Source: Octopus vulgaris (lineage: Eukaryota). Taken from it: a stretch of 64,000 bases of DNA. This document shows, piece by piece, positions 13,881 through 25,879 of this stretch. The stretch covers positions 14,756,001 to 14,820,000 of the forward strand of contig OX597833.1 of NCBI GenBank assembly GCA_951406725.2. The letters run 5' to 3'. The notes under the pieces are model-generated. The model was given only the letters and a program-made list of their open reading frames with translations. It searched no databases and was not told the DNA's origin. How positions within the stretch are numbered: the first letter of the stretch is position 1; each line of letters opens with the position of its first letter. A program made the position numbers and the translations under genes.

Positions 13881-14460
13881 ATCAGGTCATCCCATAAATT
13901 CTGTCCGATTTTACCTTTTTTAAAATTGAATGTCGAATGGGATTAAAAATTATTTTTATGCATTTGTGTGCATTTAAACTAATTAAATATTATTTTACAG
14001 AATAATAGAATTAAAATCTCTTTGATTAAAACCTTTTCTGACATGGAAGTATCCAAAGAGCATTTGAGACACATAATGCTTTATGAGTACAAAAAAGGAA
14101 GCTCTGCAGCCGAAGCGACTCGAAACATACACTTAGTTTATGGGAAAGAATGCTTGAATTAAAGAACTTGGAGAAGACGGTTTGCAAAATTCAGAAGTGG
14201 AAATTTCAGCCTTGAAGATGAAGATCGAACAGGACGTCTAGTTGAGTTTGATGATAAGCTCCTTGAAGAAAATCCTGCATTATCAGTTGAAGAATTGGCA
14301 ATAAAGCTTAGTTCAAACCATACAACTGTTCATCGTATTTTCGACAACTTGGAAAGTTTCCTAAACTTGGAAAATGGGTGCCTCATGAATTGTCCGAAAG
14401 CAACCGCAAATCCCGAGTCGAAATCTGCTCTTCTCTACATTCTCTGTTCGTTCATTCAAC
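13880..14460 (+). mobile_element. Mariner element, 5' part, with decayed transposase
   Basis: TIR-like tatcaggtcatcccataaattctgtccgattt; from 14043 MEVSKEHLRHIMLYEYKKGSSAAEATRNI..*RTWRRRFAKFRSGNFSLEDEDRTGR (mariner HTH region) with stop and frameshift. Confidence 0.9.
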
Positions 14461-14705
14461 GTTCTCTTTCACGTCTTCTAGTATCGATGTAGCGTATATA
14501 TATATATATCCTTAAATCCTTAAAAATCCTTTAAAATGTTTTAGCCCCAAGGGCGCGGCCACGCGGGGTCATCAATTGCAATGATTGTGGCATCTGGCAC
14601 TAGGACTGCCGAAGGCAGTGTTTATTTTCCAGGAAGTCAAACTTTTTAAAGCATCGTTCGTGTATAATATAGCTAAATACTTTTTTAATGTATTCTCTTC
14701 AAAAA

Positions 14706-14801
<96 letters not shown>

Positions 14802-15359
14802 TTCATATATGTTTAAGCATTGCTTGCATAAATAAATGGAGAGCAAAACTGTTTTAAGAATTAAATAACGGTAAGCTGAAAAACGTAGTGCCGGAGAGAA
14901 TTATATAAAACAGGAAACATTATAGCACATTAAATATTTAAGCCGTTTTAGTTAGCAGACGGACATTTTAGTTGGAATCCAAACTGCGAAGAACAGAAGA
15001 AAAAAAAAGAATGAGAGAAAGAGAAAGAAAGACAACATAGTGAAGGTGAACTATAAAATGATCTCTATGGGTATATAAATCTGTGTAGAGTAAAGTAGAC
15101 TGAAGTGACATGTGAAAATGATATGATATTTGTTATATGAGAATAATCTGTTGCTGGTATAATTCCTGCACATTCGAAAACGTGATAAAGTTAGAGTTAA
15201 ATCCAACTGAAATCTACGGACAACAACGCGATAAGCCGTTTCGTTTTTGACGAAAAAGAAGGAAAGAAATATATAGAACAAGCATTTTAAAGTCACGATA
15301 CTATACACATACACACAGACAGACTGACATAAGTACATACGTAAACACAAACACATACA

Positions 15360-15527
15360 TGTATTGTTTCTCTCCTTGTTTCTTTTCTGTGTATCTTTCT
15401 GTCGAAGAGCGTAGGCTCGAAACGTAAAAGACTTGTTTTATTTATATTCCTGAGCGCTATACTAATACAATTGTTTGTTTGTATTCCACCTGCCTTCGTC
15501 TTTTGTTTATTTTCATAAAGCTTCCCG

Positions 15528-15528
<1 letters not shown>
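15360..15528 (+). mobile_element. Family P1 element with variant minimal hammerhead, followed by (TA)n
   Basis: 15394-15431: tcttt-CTGTCGAA-gagc-gtag-gctc-GAAA-cg-TA-aaaga. Confidence 0.65.
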
Positions 15529-15582
<54 letters not shown>

Positions 15583-15663
15583 GATGTGTGTGTGTGTGTA
15601 TGTGTATGTGTATACATGTCTATGTATAAATAGTGTATTTACATATATATGTATATGAACATA

Positions 15664-15887
15664 TGCGAGCTGGCAGAATTGTTAGCACGCCGGGCGAAGT
15701 GCTTCGCGGTATTTCGCCCGTCGCTACGTTCTGAGTTCAAATTCCGCCGAGGTCGACTTTGCCTTTCATCCTTTCGGGGTCGATAAATTAAGTACCAGTT
15801 ACGCACTGTGGCCGATGTAATCGACTTAATCCGTTTGTCTGTCCTTGTTTGTCCCCTCTATGTTTAGCCCCTTGTGGGTAGTAAAGA

Positions 15888-15889
<2 letters not shown>
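15664..15889 (+). mobile_element. tRNA-derived SINE family C (Meta/MESC-like central domain), monomer
   Basis: Head gagctggcagaattgttagcacgccgggcg, B box gagttcaaattcc, domain gcctttcatcctttcggggtcgataaattaagtaccag. Confidence 0.9.
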
Positions 15890-15946
<57 letters not shown>

Positions 15947-16377
15947 TGTGTGTGTGTGTGTGTGTGTATGTGTGTGTATATGTGTGTGTGTGTACGTGTG
16001 TGTGTGTGAACATACACGCCTAAGATAGTTATCATATATAGAGATGGAGGAACCGAACTTACAACAATTGTTTCTCTGCATTAACATACTCATTATTTGC
16101 TGAGTGTTTCACAAATTATACATATCATTATGTAAAGATTATATAATTACGATCCTGCAATAGCTGCTTATTCGAACGTCATCACGTGAGTGGTTTTGAG
16201 AGCACGGCGGGATCATCTATAGTTTCTCGTTGTTTGTTAGCCATATTGCGTCTTTAGAATTTCCTAGTAAAAATGAAACACGTAGATTCAAATAGACGCA
16301 AGTCATAAACAATATCAAATATATTATTCGAAATAAAATTCAAAAATGTAAATTATAAAACAAACAAAATGAATGAA

Positions 16378-16572
16378 TTCTTTCTTTCATTTACTTGTTT
16401 CAGTCATTTTACTGCGGCCATGCTGGAGCACCGCCTTTAGTCGAGCAAATCGACCCCGGGACTTATTCTTTGTAAGCCCAGTACTTATTATATCCGTCTC
16501 TTTTGCCGAACCGCTAAGTGAAGGGGACGTAAACACACCCGCATCAGTTGTCAAGCAATGCTAGGGGGACAA

Positions 16573-16609
<37 letters not shown>

Positions 16610-16817
16610 CACATATACGACAGGCTTCTTTCAGTTTCCGTCTACCAAATCCACTCACAAGGCATTGGTCGGCCCGGGGCTATAGCAGAAGACACTTGCC
16701 CAAGATGCCTCGCAGTGGGACTGAACCCGGAACCATGTGGTTAGTTAGCAAGCTACTTACCACACAGCCACTCCTGCGCCTATGCCACTCCTGCGCCTAT
16801 GCCACTCCTGCGCCTAT
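16378..16817 (-). mobile_element. SINE family A, full length, 5' end triplicated
   Basis: Near-consensus copy; gccactcctgcgcctat three times at 16767-16817. Confidence 0.9.
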
Positions 16818-17089
16818 GGGAATAAAAAAATCAAAAATATAAACCATATATTAACAAAGCCTCCAATTCAATCTTTTTTAGTGTAGATACGTTTGACACA
16901 CTAATATGTTGCCAAAATAAAATCTATAAGAATTCCTTATCTCTTTTGTTTGTAAGCGTTTTACTGCGAACGACGAGTGGTGAACTTGTTACTCCAGTGG
17001 GATATCTTCTCTGCCACTCTGCTCATGGACTGGTAGTTCCCCTCCACAGTCGCTTAATCAATAATTATTAGATGCTAGCACATATGAAA

Positions 17090-19010
17090 AAAATTATTCG
17101 CTCGCACCCTTTTATACACGCTTGACTGTTCATTGGGTGACGACCCCGTCACCAAAGTGACCCTTAATTCAGAAGACTACTGGACAGATCAACGCCTTGT
17201 CGCTACACGCATGAGAATTGCCATTTGTAAAAAGAAAACGAGGATACAATATCATCCACCATCTCGTAGAAAATATGACATCTCAAACTCGAGAACTCTT
17301 ACACTGCAACCATCTTTGACGCAAAAATTAGTTAAGAACTTAATTCTGACCCAGTAAACGACCAGTGTATGGATGAATAATGGTGAACTAATGGCGAAAT
17401 AGTCACAGATACAGCAAGCACTATTATCAACTTTAACAAGACTAAAAGTCAAGACTGGTTTGATGAAAACAACATTGAAATCAACAACCTGATTGAGGCA
17501 AAAATCAATGTTTCACAGGTTCATGAACAAGACCGAAGATCCAGACTCAAAAAGGAGCATTTCTGGAAGCTAAAAGAAGATTGTCAGTTAAAACTAAGAG
17601 AACTGCAACACATTTGGTGTCAAGAAAAAGCAGTCAAACTTCAGGGCTACGCAGATGCACGTGACCTCATAGTTTTGTTTTTATGATGGAACAAAACCAC
17701 TATTTAGACCAGTATAAAAGTAACTGGATCCCTTCTAGCAGCTGCCTATACAAACATCTTTACCAATTCACGAGATATTTTCTTACCCGGGAGGAACATT
17801 TTCCTGCTCTCCGGAATAGAAACTCGAACACAGCAGAGAACTTCCTGCAACAACGTTCCAACTCATCCTCCTCAATTGTGGATGAACAGGAGACCTACAC
17901 GTCATGAATCCAAGCAAGATATGAAGCAAATGAGACCAAGTAAGTCACCCATTTGTAGCTGATCAAACATGGAGGTTTACCCTTGCAAACCGGCGTCTTC
18001 ACACTCATCTTGGAGATGCGGGTATCTCAAAATGTTCCTAAAGAACTGAAAGACGCAGTCCTCATAACGATCTTCAAAAAGTGCGATCAAAATGACTGTG
18101 GGAACTCTAGAGGAATGTCGTTGCTCCCTATCACTGGAAAGATCTTTACCAAGATTTTTCTAAATCGGCTTCAGATCATTGATAAAAAGATCCCACCATA
18201 ATCTCAATGTGGATTCCGTGCTGCTCGAGGCAAAATTGACATGATTTTCAATGCAAGGCAACTCTAAGAGAAAAGCAGGGAACACAACCCATTCTTTGTT
18301 TCTATGACTTGGAGAAAGCTTTTGATAACGTTCCAAGAAATGCTATGTAGAAGGTGCTTTATGATTTTGGATCTCCTGATCACTTTAACTCTCTGGTTCA
18401 AGCAATGCATGTCTGGATGAGTATTCCACCAAAACATGCTCTCAGAAGTATTTCCATTCACTTGGAGATTGAAAAGTATGTGTCTTGGCGCCTACGCTAT
18501 TCTACTTGTATTTGGCTGAAATTATTCACGACGCCCCTCAGATAATTCAGAAGTTGCCATCAGATGTAGGGCTTTTCGATCTTAGTAGACTTCAGTTTAA
18601 ACATCTGACACACATGCAAAACATCTCAGAACTTTGGTATCCTGATGACAATGTTGCCCTCTATCATTCAAAAGAAGAACCATGACAATCTGTAAACAAC
18701 TTTACTATGGCTTATCAACGCTTTAGCCTTACAGTAAGTATAAATAAATAAGGTCCTCGAACAACCAGCCCCAAATACCATAATACTAGATTTTGATATC
18801 ACCATCTCGGACACATCTCTCTAAAAGGTAGAACATTTTCCATATCTAGGTAGTCTTTCATTAAACGAGTGTACTTCAAAAACAATGATGTGGAACTCTG
18901 AACTGGAGCTGTACACGGGGCATTTGAAAATTTGACAAGCGCATGTTTAACAACAAAGGTATTAACAACGAAAATTATGGTTCATAATTGTGTTGTCTTC
19001 TTAATACTAG
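17090..19010 (+). pseudogene. Decayed RTE-clade LINE (endonuclease end + reverse transcriptase)
   Basis: DYWTDQRLV, WFDEN, DCGNSRGMSLLPITGKIF, SQCGFRAARGKIDMIF, DLEKAFDNVPR, LAPTLF, YPDD, VEHFPYLGS in the expected order with stops and frameshifts. Confidence 0.9.
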
Positions 19011-19154
19011 GGGATTATCATGCCCCTATTTATTGCCTTCTCTATTCTCTGGACTTACGCTACTGTAGACGATATTCATGCATACTTACAGTTATGTATA
19101 CACACGAACATAAATGTTCGGAGTGCTTTTAAATCACAGATAGACACACATAAT

Positions 19155-19565
19155 CTTATTTCTTTACTACCCACAAGGGGCTAAACATAGAGAGGACAAA
19201 CAAGGACAGACAAACGGATTAAGTCGATTTTATCGACCCCAGTGCGTAACTGTTCCTTAATTTATCGACCCCGAAAGGATGAAAGGCAAAGTCGACCTCG
19301 GCGGAATTTGAACTCAGAATGTAACGGCAGGCGAAATACCTATTTCTTTACTATCCACAAGGGGCTAAACACAGAGAGGACAAACAAGGAAAGACAAACG
19401 GATTAAGTCGATTTTATCGACCCCAGTGCGTAACTGGTACTTATTTAATCGACCCCGAAAGGATGAAAGACAAAGTCGACCTCGGCGGAATTTGAACTCA
19501 GAATGTAACGGCAGGCGAAATACGGCTACGCATTTCGCCCGGCGTGCTAACGATTCTGCCAGCTC
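19155..19565 (-). mobile_element. SINE family C, tandem dimer (one head, two ~170-bp bodies)
   Basis: Two direct units joined at gcgaaatacc|tatttcttt (~19340). Confidence 0.9.
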
Positions 19566-19732
19566 ACACATAAACACCATTGAGAAGAAAATGTCCGCAA
19601 TACATCTCCAATATACTGCAATATACTCTTTTTGTATAACGATAGTTTTTTCATGATGGTTAATTTATGACCTTTATTGCATTGCTGACTAAGAATATAG
19701 TTTGGAAATTCGAAGTTACATTTATAATTATA

Positions 19733-20115
19733 CTAGCAGTATCGCCCGGCGTTGCTCGGGTTTGTAAGGGAAATAACTATAAAGCATTTTTAGAGAGTTA
19801 TAGCCAAAAAATAGCAAAAAAATGGAAAAAAAATGATGGTAAATTTTTTTGAGAGTTAAAAGGTCGAGTTGCGTTCCCTAGACAGTCTGTGGTTTATGTT
19901 TCTGATTCTCGACCCCATGTCGAATTTATCGATTTTTTTTCAGAACTGGGGTAACTTTTCAAAATTTTCGCTGCGTTAGTTTTGAATTATGACATTGGGC
20001 TATGTGTGTGTCAAGTTTCATCAGAATCGGTTGAAAGCCGTGGTCAGGGTGAGGGTTCAACCTAACAGATACACAGACACGCAGACAGACAAACTGCCGT
20101 TTATATATAGAGAGA
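19733..20115 (-). mobile_element. Non-autonomous Helitron (family H1)
   Basis: On the minus strand: 5' TC, 3' hairpin cccgagcaacgccggg then CTAG, between A and T, no TSD. Confidence 0.9.
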
Positions 20116-20234
20116 TACATGCATTTACTTAAACATATAAAGCTTTATGATGTATCAACATTCATGCTTATGTACAAGTTTTATTGTTTGTTGCATACGT
20201 GATGGCCGTGGTTATAAAATGGACTTAAATAATA

Positions 20235-20617
20235 TCTCTCTATATATAAACGGCAGTTTGTCTGTGCGTGTTTCTGTGTGTCTGTTTGCTTGTACCCTCA
20301 CCCTGACCACGGCTTTCAACCGATTCTGATGAAACTTGACACACACATAGCCCAATGTCATAATTCAAAACTAACGCAGCGAAAATTTTGAAAAGTTCCC
20401 CCAGTTCTGAAAAAATCGATAAATTCGACATGGGGTCGAGAATCAGAAACACGAACCACAAACTGTCATGGGGACGCAACTCCACCTTTTTTAAATCTCA
20501 AAAAAAATTTACCATCATTTTTTCACATTTTTTTGCTATTTTTTGGCTATAACTCTCTAAAAATGCTTTATAGTTATTTCCCTTACAAACCTGAGCAACG
20601 CCGGGCGATACTGCTAG
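20235..20617 (+). mobile_element. Non-autonomous Helitron H1
   Basis: a|tctctctatatataaacggc ... cctgagcaacgccgggcgatactgctag|t. Confidence 0.9.
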
Positions 20618-21026
20618 TTCGTAATAAAGAGTTTTAGGATTCCGATAATGGGAGGATTAAAGTGTAGTGAACGAAGGAAGATCGATGGTTTTAAGTTGAG
20701 AAACGTGCTATTGGAACCAGTTGATTAATTCGTCGACAAACTAATCGTAATACAAGATTAGAGCGGATAGCTTTGATGAATGGAAACAGAAAGTGACTAT
20801 TGTTATTAACTAAATAATCAGAAGCAGAGATCCGATTAGTACGAAAGATCCTGTTCTTGATAAACTAATCGGACAATGCTTAGATGTAAACGAGGAAAAA
20901 GCAGGAAATGCTGTGCATATATAAAGGAAGTTTACCACGAGGATTTTAATGAGGGGATTGGAAATTATGTTCGAATATGGCATGGGAATTACATACAACA
21001 TAGAAAATACATTCATAAATTTTCAA

Positions 21027-21206
21027 TATGCGCAAGAGTGGCTGTGTGGTAAGTAGCTTGCCTACCAACCACATGGTTCCAGGTTCAGTTCCACTGCGTG
21101 GCACATTGGGCAAGTGTCTTCTCCCATAGCCTATTTCTCACATAGTTTTGTGAGTGGATTTGGTAGACGGAAACTGAAAGAAGCTCGTCGTATATATGGA
21201 TATATG

Positions 21207-21237
<31 letters not shown>

Positions 21238-21310
21238 TTGTGTGTCTGTGTTTTCCCCCCTCCCCAACATAGCTTGACAACCGACGCTGGTGTGGTTACG
21301 TCCACATAAA
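21027..21310 (+). mobile_element. SINE family A, 3'-truncated
   Basis: gcgcaagagtggctgtgtggtaagtagcttg head through cttgacaaccgacgctggtg. Confidence 0.85.
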
Positions 21311-21669
21311 ATTAAGTATATAGGGAGTAAAGATGGCAATATAGAAGTAGTGATATTGGTTATCTAAACATTAATAATGTTTAGAACAGGTTCTGTTAAG
21401 TATTGCATTGGCAATTACGAGGTTCTGTAATAAACGTGGCAATGGAGGGTTAAGTATGGCGTAGGTGTTTTAGTAAAGCCACTGAACATAAGGAATGCAG
21501 TTTAAACAATATGCTTCTATGGTGTTCCTATAGTACTGGAGGAAACTAGAAAGATGATCACAAAAGACTTAGTGTGTAGCGGAAAATATTAATATGAAAG
21601 ATGTCTACTGATCAATATAGAAATCATACAAGCTGATATAATCGATTTAAGAAGTATAAAGAATAAATT

Positions 21670-21972
21670 TCTGTTGTGTCTTGGGAGAGTCATTTTCTTT
21701 TTGTGCCTTATAATATAACACACGCACCGGTAAAATTTCCACTTATTTCTTATTTTTATTTTCCTAAAATTTTCGTTGCATCTTGCAACCTTTTCAATAG
21801 TTTTGAGAGTCAAAATAGTCAATAGTTTTGAGAGTCAAGACTATTGAAAAGGTTGCAAGACGCAACGACAATTTTAGGAAAATAAAAATAAGAAAAAAAG
21901 TGGAAATTTTACCGGTGAGTGTGTTACATTATAAGGCACAAAAAGAAAATGACTCTGCCCAGACACAACAGT
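21670..21972. repeat. ~300-bp near-perfect palindrome (Penelope-like inverted terminal segment)
   Basis: ctgttgtgtcttgggagagtcattttc..ttttcaatag mirrored by ctattgaaaa..gaaaatgactctgcccagacacaacag. Confidence 0.9.
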
Positions 21973-22229
21973 ATATGCTTCAACACACGAACTCATGTAA
22001 AGAATCTTGCAAACCAAATTAAAAAACGAAAGATTAAATTTGATATTTATAATTGTTGCATTTCCTTTGAAGTTAACGTATTTGGACGTTTTTATTTGGG
22101 AGAGGCTTGTATGTCTGTGTACGTTGGATCATATCGATTTCAGGCAAATTTAGTTTTATACATTTTTATACAATCAGAAAAACAGCTTAATATGTGTTGC
22201 AGATACTTAGGACAAAATAAGATTGTTAA

Positions 22230-23410
22230 TACTAGAAGGACCGGGGACATCAGTTGACTCATGTTAAAATCTTAATTTCACACAATTCAAAAAACTATTG
22301 TAGATTTCTACATCATGGTGCTTGAAATTTTGTAGTTTTATTATACCTATAAACACAAAGTTATAGGTTGTTTCATCAACTGTAAAAACAAAATATAATA
22401 AACCGCATTCTAGCTATGAGGACCACACACGTCAACTGACACATTGACACCTTTTTAAACTTGCATCTGATTTTGTTTATAAATACATGTAACAAGGTTT
22501 TAGATATTCAATAATTGCGTCGCCTTTACACGTCACAAATCAAAACTTCACTTTAGTCAGAACAATTCGTCAGAACAGAAGGGAGTTACCAGAAGCAGTA
22601 AAACAGGCGAAGCCAATCCATGAAACTGTGGTTTTGAAATCTACAGAGAAGCTTATTGTCATACATCATACCTGTGCAAAAAACCCGAGTCTTTTGTTGT
22701 TTTGAGTACTTACAACATGTAGAAGTTCGTTCTAAAACAAACCCGAAGAAAAAAATTTACACCATACTTTCTTATAACAAAGGTAAGGTAGGCGTAGACG
22801 TGTTTAAGCAAATGGCAAGGCTTTATTCAATCAAATCAAACAATAGACGATGACCAATGAACGTTATTTTTACAAAAGAATATTTAGGATGGTTCTTCTA
22901 AATAGCTGGATAATGAACACAAGTGTTTGCAAGTCAGTCATTAGTCAACTGGAATATATTCAATATAGTCAAAAATTTGTTTAAGAACTTTGTAATGATT
23001 CACCTCACGGTCGTCCATGTATTATCAAACGCCCTATTGAGGAAATATCAAACTCTAGAAATAAAGTCAGACCTACATGTGTGAAAACAAAATGCCGAAA
23101 CAGAACCACAGAAATGTATGGAATCTGTAAAATTTCGCTGTGTGGAAAATGGGCGCTAACATATTGTGATGAAAGTTTAGAATTTCAATAAATTTCTTTT
23201 TATTTTGTAAGGATAAATTTCTTTAAAAATAACAAACTATTGCGACTAATATCACTGTAAAGTCATAAAATTCAATAGATTCATATATTTAATAAAGGTT
23301 TTTCACTTTTTCTTTCTTTTTTTGTTTCCTGTCAAATTCAAAAAACATTTCGTCGCCAATTGACGCATTCTGGTCATTAAAGGTAGGTGAAAAGTCTTGT
23401 CCTTCTGGTG
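22230..23410 (+). mobile_element. Internally deleted piggyBac element
   Basis: TTAA at both ends (22226-22229, 23411-23414), TIRs tactagaaggac / gtccttctggtg; remnants LVRTIRQNRRELPEAVK, YNKGKVGVDVFKQMARLYS..RR*P and Cys-rich C-terminus. Confidence 0.85.
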
Positions 23411-23849
23411 TTAATTATGTGCTTCTTAAAATATTTAACGAAAAATATAAGATTTGTTCTAGGGATTTCGAAGCGAACTGAAGTGGTTAAATGAGTAAAA
23501 ATAATCTTGGATGTAACAACAAAGATTAGTAATATAACTATAATGACTAAATGTTTATTATTAGAATAACGATTTCCATATTGTGGAAGAAGCTTACGTA
23601 GAACGCTGCATATTTATTGATTAAAAAATTAAAATGTTTGCTTGTTATTTAATAAGTTACAGAAAAAAATAGATAGACGATATGATGTTTGACTTAATCT
23701 GATAAAACGAATGAATATGCAACGAATAATTAATTAATTACTTTAACTGTGGCCTAATGAATGCCTACTGATATTTTAAGCGCATCCCGAACTATTTCAA
23801 GGATGCAACTGAGTTGGAAATTAAACGTTGTAGAGCAATACCAAATATT

Positions 23850-24280
23850 GGTTTCAAAGTTTGACACAGCCAATTCGAGGGAAGAGGTTGTGTAGCTTAG
23901 AGCGAACCCAGTGATAAATTGGTACTATTGTATCTGCTCGGAAGGATGAGCGACAAATTCGACCACGGCGTAGATTTGAACTCAGAACGCAAAGATGGAT
24001 AAAATGCCGCAAATCATTTCGCTGCGGAGAGTGGGGAAAACGATTCTTATTTCTTTACTACCTTCAAGGGGCTAAACATAGAGGGGACAAACCAGGACAG
24101 ACAAATGGATTAAGTCGATTATATCGACCCCTGAGCGTAACAGGTACTTATTTAATCGACCCCGAAAGGATGAAAGGCTAAGTCGACCTCGGCGGAATTT
24201 GGACTCAGAACGTAGCGGCAGACGAAATACTGCTAAGCATTTCGCCCGGCGTGCTAACGATTCTGCCAGCTCGCCGCCTT
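23850..24280 (-). mobile_element. Young SINE C (24045-24280) joined to an older SINE C-like copy
   Basis: Consensus-like unit followed on the minus strand by a diverged unit (gaactcagaacgcaaagatgg). Confidence 0.85.
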
Positions 24281-24399
24281 CGAACAGTGCCAATATATTT
24301 GTGTCAAATGTTGGCACAAGGCCAGAAATTTCGTGAAAGGGAGTAATAGTACCAAATATTAAAAATATTCTTTTCAACTCTAGGCACAAGGCCTAAAAT

Positions 24400-24750
24400 T
24401 TTAGAAATTTAAAAATAAGAAATAAGTGGAAATTTTACCAGTGAGTGTGTTACATTATAACAAAAAGAAAATGACTATCTCCAGACACAACAGAATATGC
24501 TTCAACACACGCTTTCACATAAAGAATCTTCCAAACTAAATCCAAAAACGTAAAATAACGAGTAATGTCATCTACATAAGAGAGGGAATTTATTGAAATT
24601 CTAAACTTTCATCACAATATTTTAGCGCACATTTTCCACACAGAGAATTTTTACAGATTCCATATATTTCTGTGGTTCTGATTCGGCATTTTGTTTTCAC
24701 ACATGTAGGTCTGACTTTATATCTAGAGTTTGATATTTCCTCAATAGGGC
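24400..24750. repeat. Local duplication: direct copy of ~21870-22030 plus inverted copy of piggyBac 3' segment ~23030-23190
   Basis: aagtggaaattttaccagtgagtgtgttacattataa..agacacaacagaatatgcttcaacacac; tattgaaattctaaactttcatcacaata..tcaatagggc. Confidence 0.85.
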
Positions 24751-25879
24751 AATTAAATTCCTGATATGTAGGAGGCGTATGTGCGGGAAAACTAAACAAT
24801 GGACGCTGGAGGTAATAGACTGAAAAAGAGCTCCGAGTAATTATGGGGTATTAATTCTATAGGAATGTGCCCGAAAGTAATTGATGGGAGTCGAGCATGG
24901 ATTATCAGAAAGCGATTTTGGTTGGTGATTCACATACAAGGTACGCTTGAAGCTCTGCTAATGTTCAGCTGACATCATTGCTTTCACTATAATTCTTCAA
25001 TATATAGCTCACTGGTATGTGATAAGATAGGATCAGTAACCATTCTTGTTTTATTCAGTATCTCTCGTGTATTATTAACATTTTCGACCTAATTAGGTAG
25101 ATCTGCTGCTTTAAGCTGACTGTAATCATGTTTCTTATCTCTTTTTATTACAGTCTTCCTATGAAATTACATTTCGCAGCCCATATTCAGATATCTCACA
25201 CCGAACCAGTTCCTATCAGCTCTGCTATACGCCAAAGCTCGGTTATATCTCTCACATTCCGTTTCCTAAGCATTAACAGCATATATTTAATGTCTATTAA
25301 TAACACATTCAATGCAGGTGATACGATCTTTCAATACATCTTAATCGTTTGTGCAATAGCAGCAGAGAAACATTAGGACAGACACACATTAACTAGATAA
25401 AAAGAAACACAGAATCATTCTGCCGTGTGTAAATGACAATTGTGAAATATCTAAACAGCGCAAATACAGAACAATTGCTGAGATAATAAAAAGATAACAA
25501 AGTATCCAACGGTATCTATTTATAACACTATACAATACAATAACAGCTGGTTTTTACAAGCGCTAGTCTCACGAAGAGAGCTAACGATGAGCTCAGATGT
25601 AGGGAATTCACTGAATTGCATCGGAACTGCTAAAAGGGTTTCACGGGGTTAGAATATAATGTATAGAAAATCAAAGAGACATCTACATTCTGAAACCATA
25701 TTTGTGAATGACGTATTTCTACGTACACAGATAATAGACAAATCAACAGGTTTGTCAAATATTCATTCACGACCACGCAAATAGCACATATATCGCATCA
25801 ACTTAATGAAATATCACCAAGGGTTATTCGAAACGCACCATTTTCCTGATTAGCTCAGGTAATATATTTATTTATGACG

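Noticed and set aside
16767-16817. Short direct repeats as a possible CRISPR array
   Set aside because: No spacers, no cas genes, eukaryotic context; no CRISPR-like array was seen anywhere in the window.
25156-25280. Possible terminal exon after a pyrimidine tract + CAG (SSYEITFRSPYSD..)
   Set aside because: No homology recognised and no linked upstream exon.
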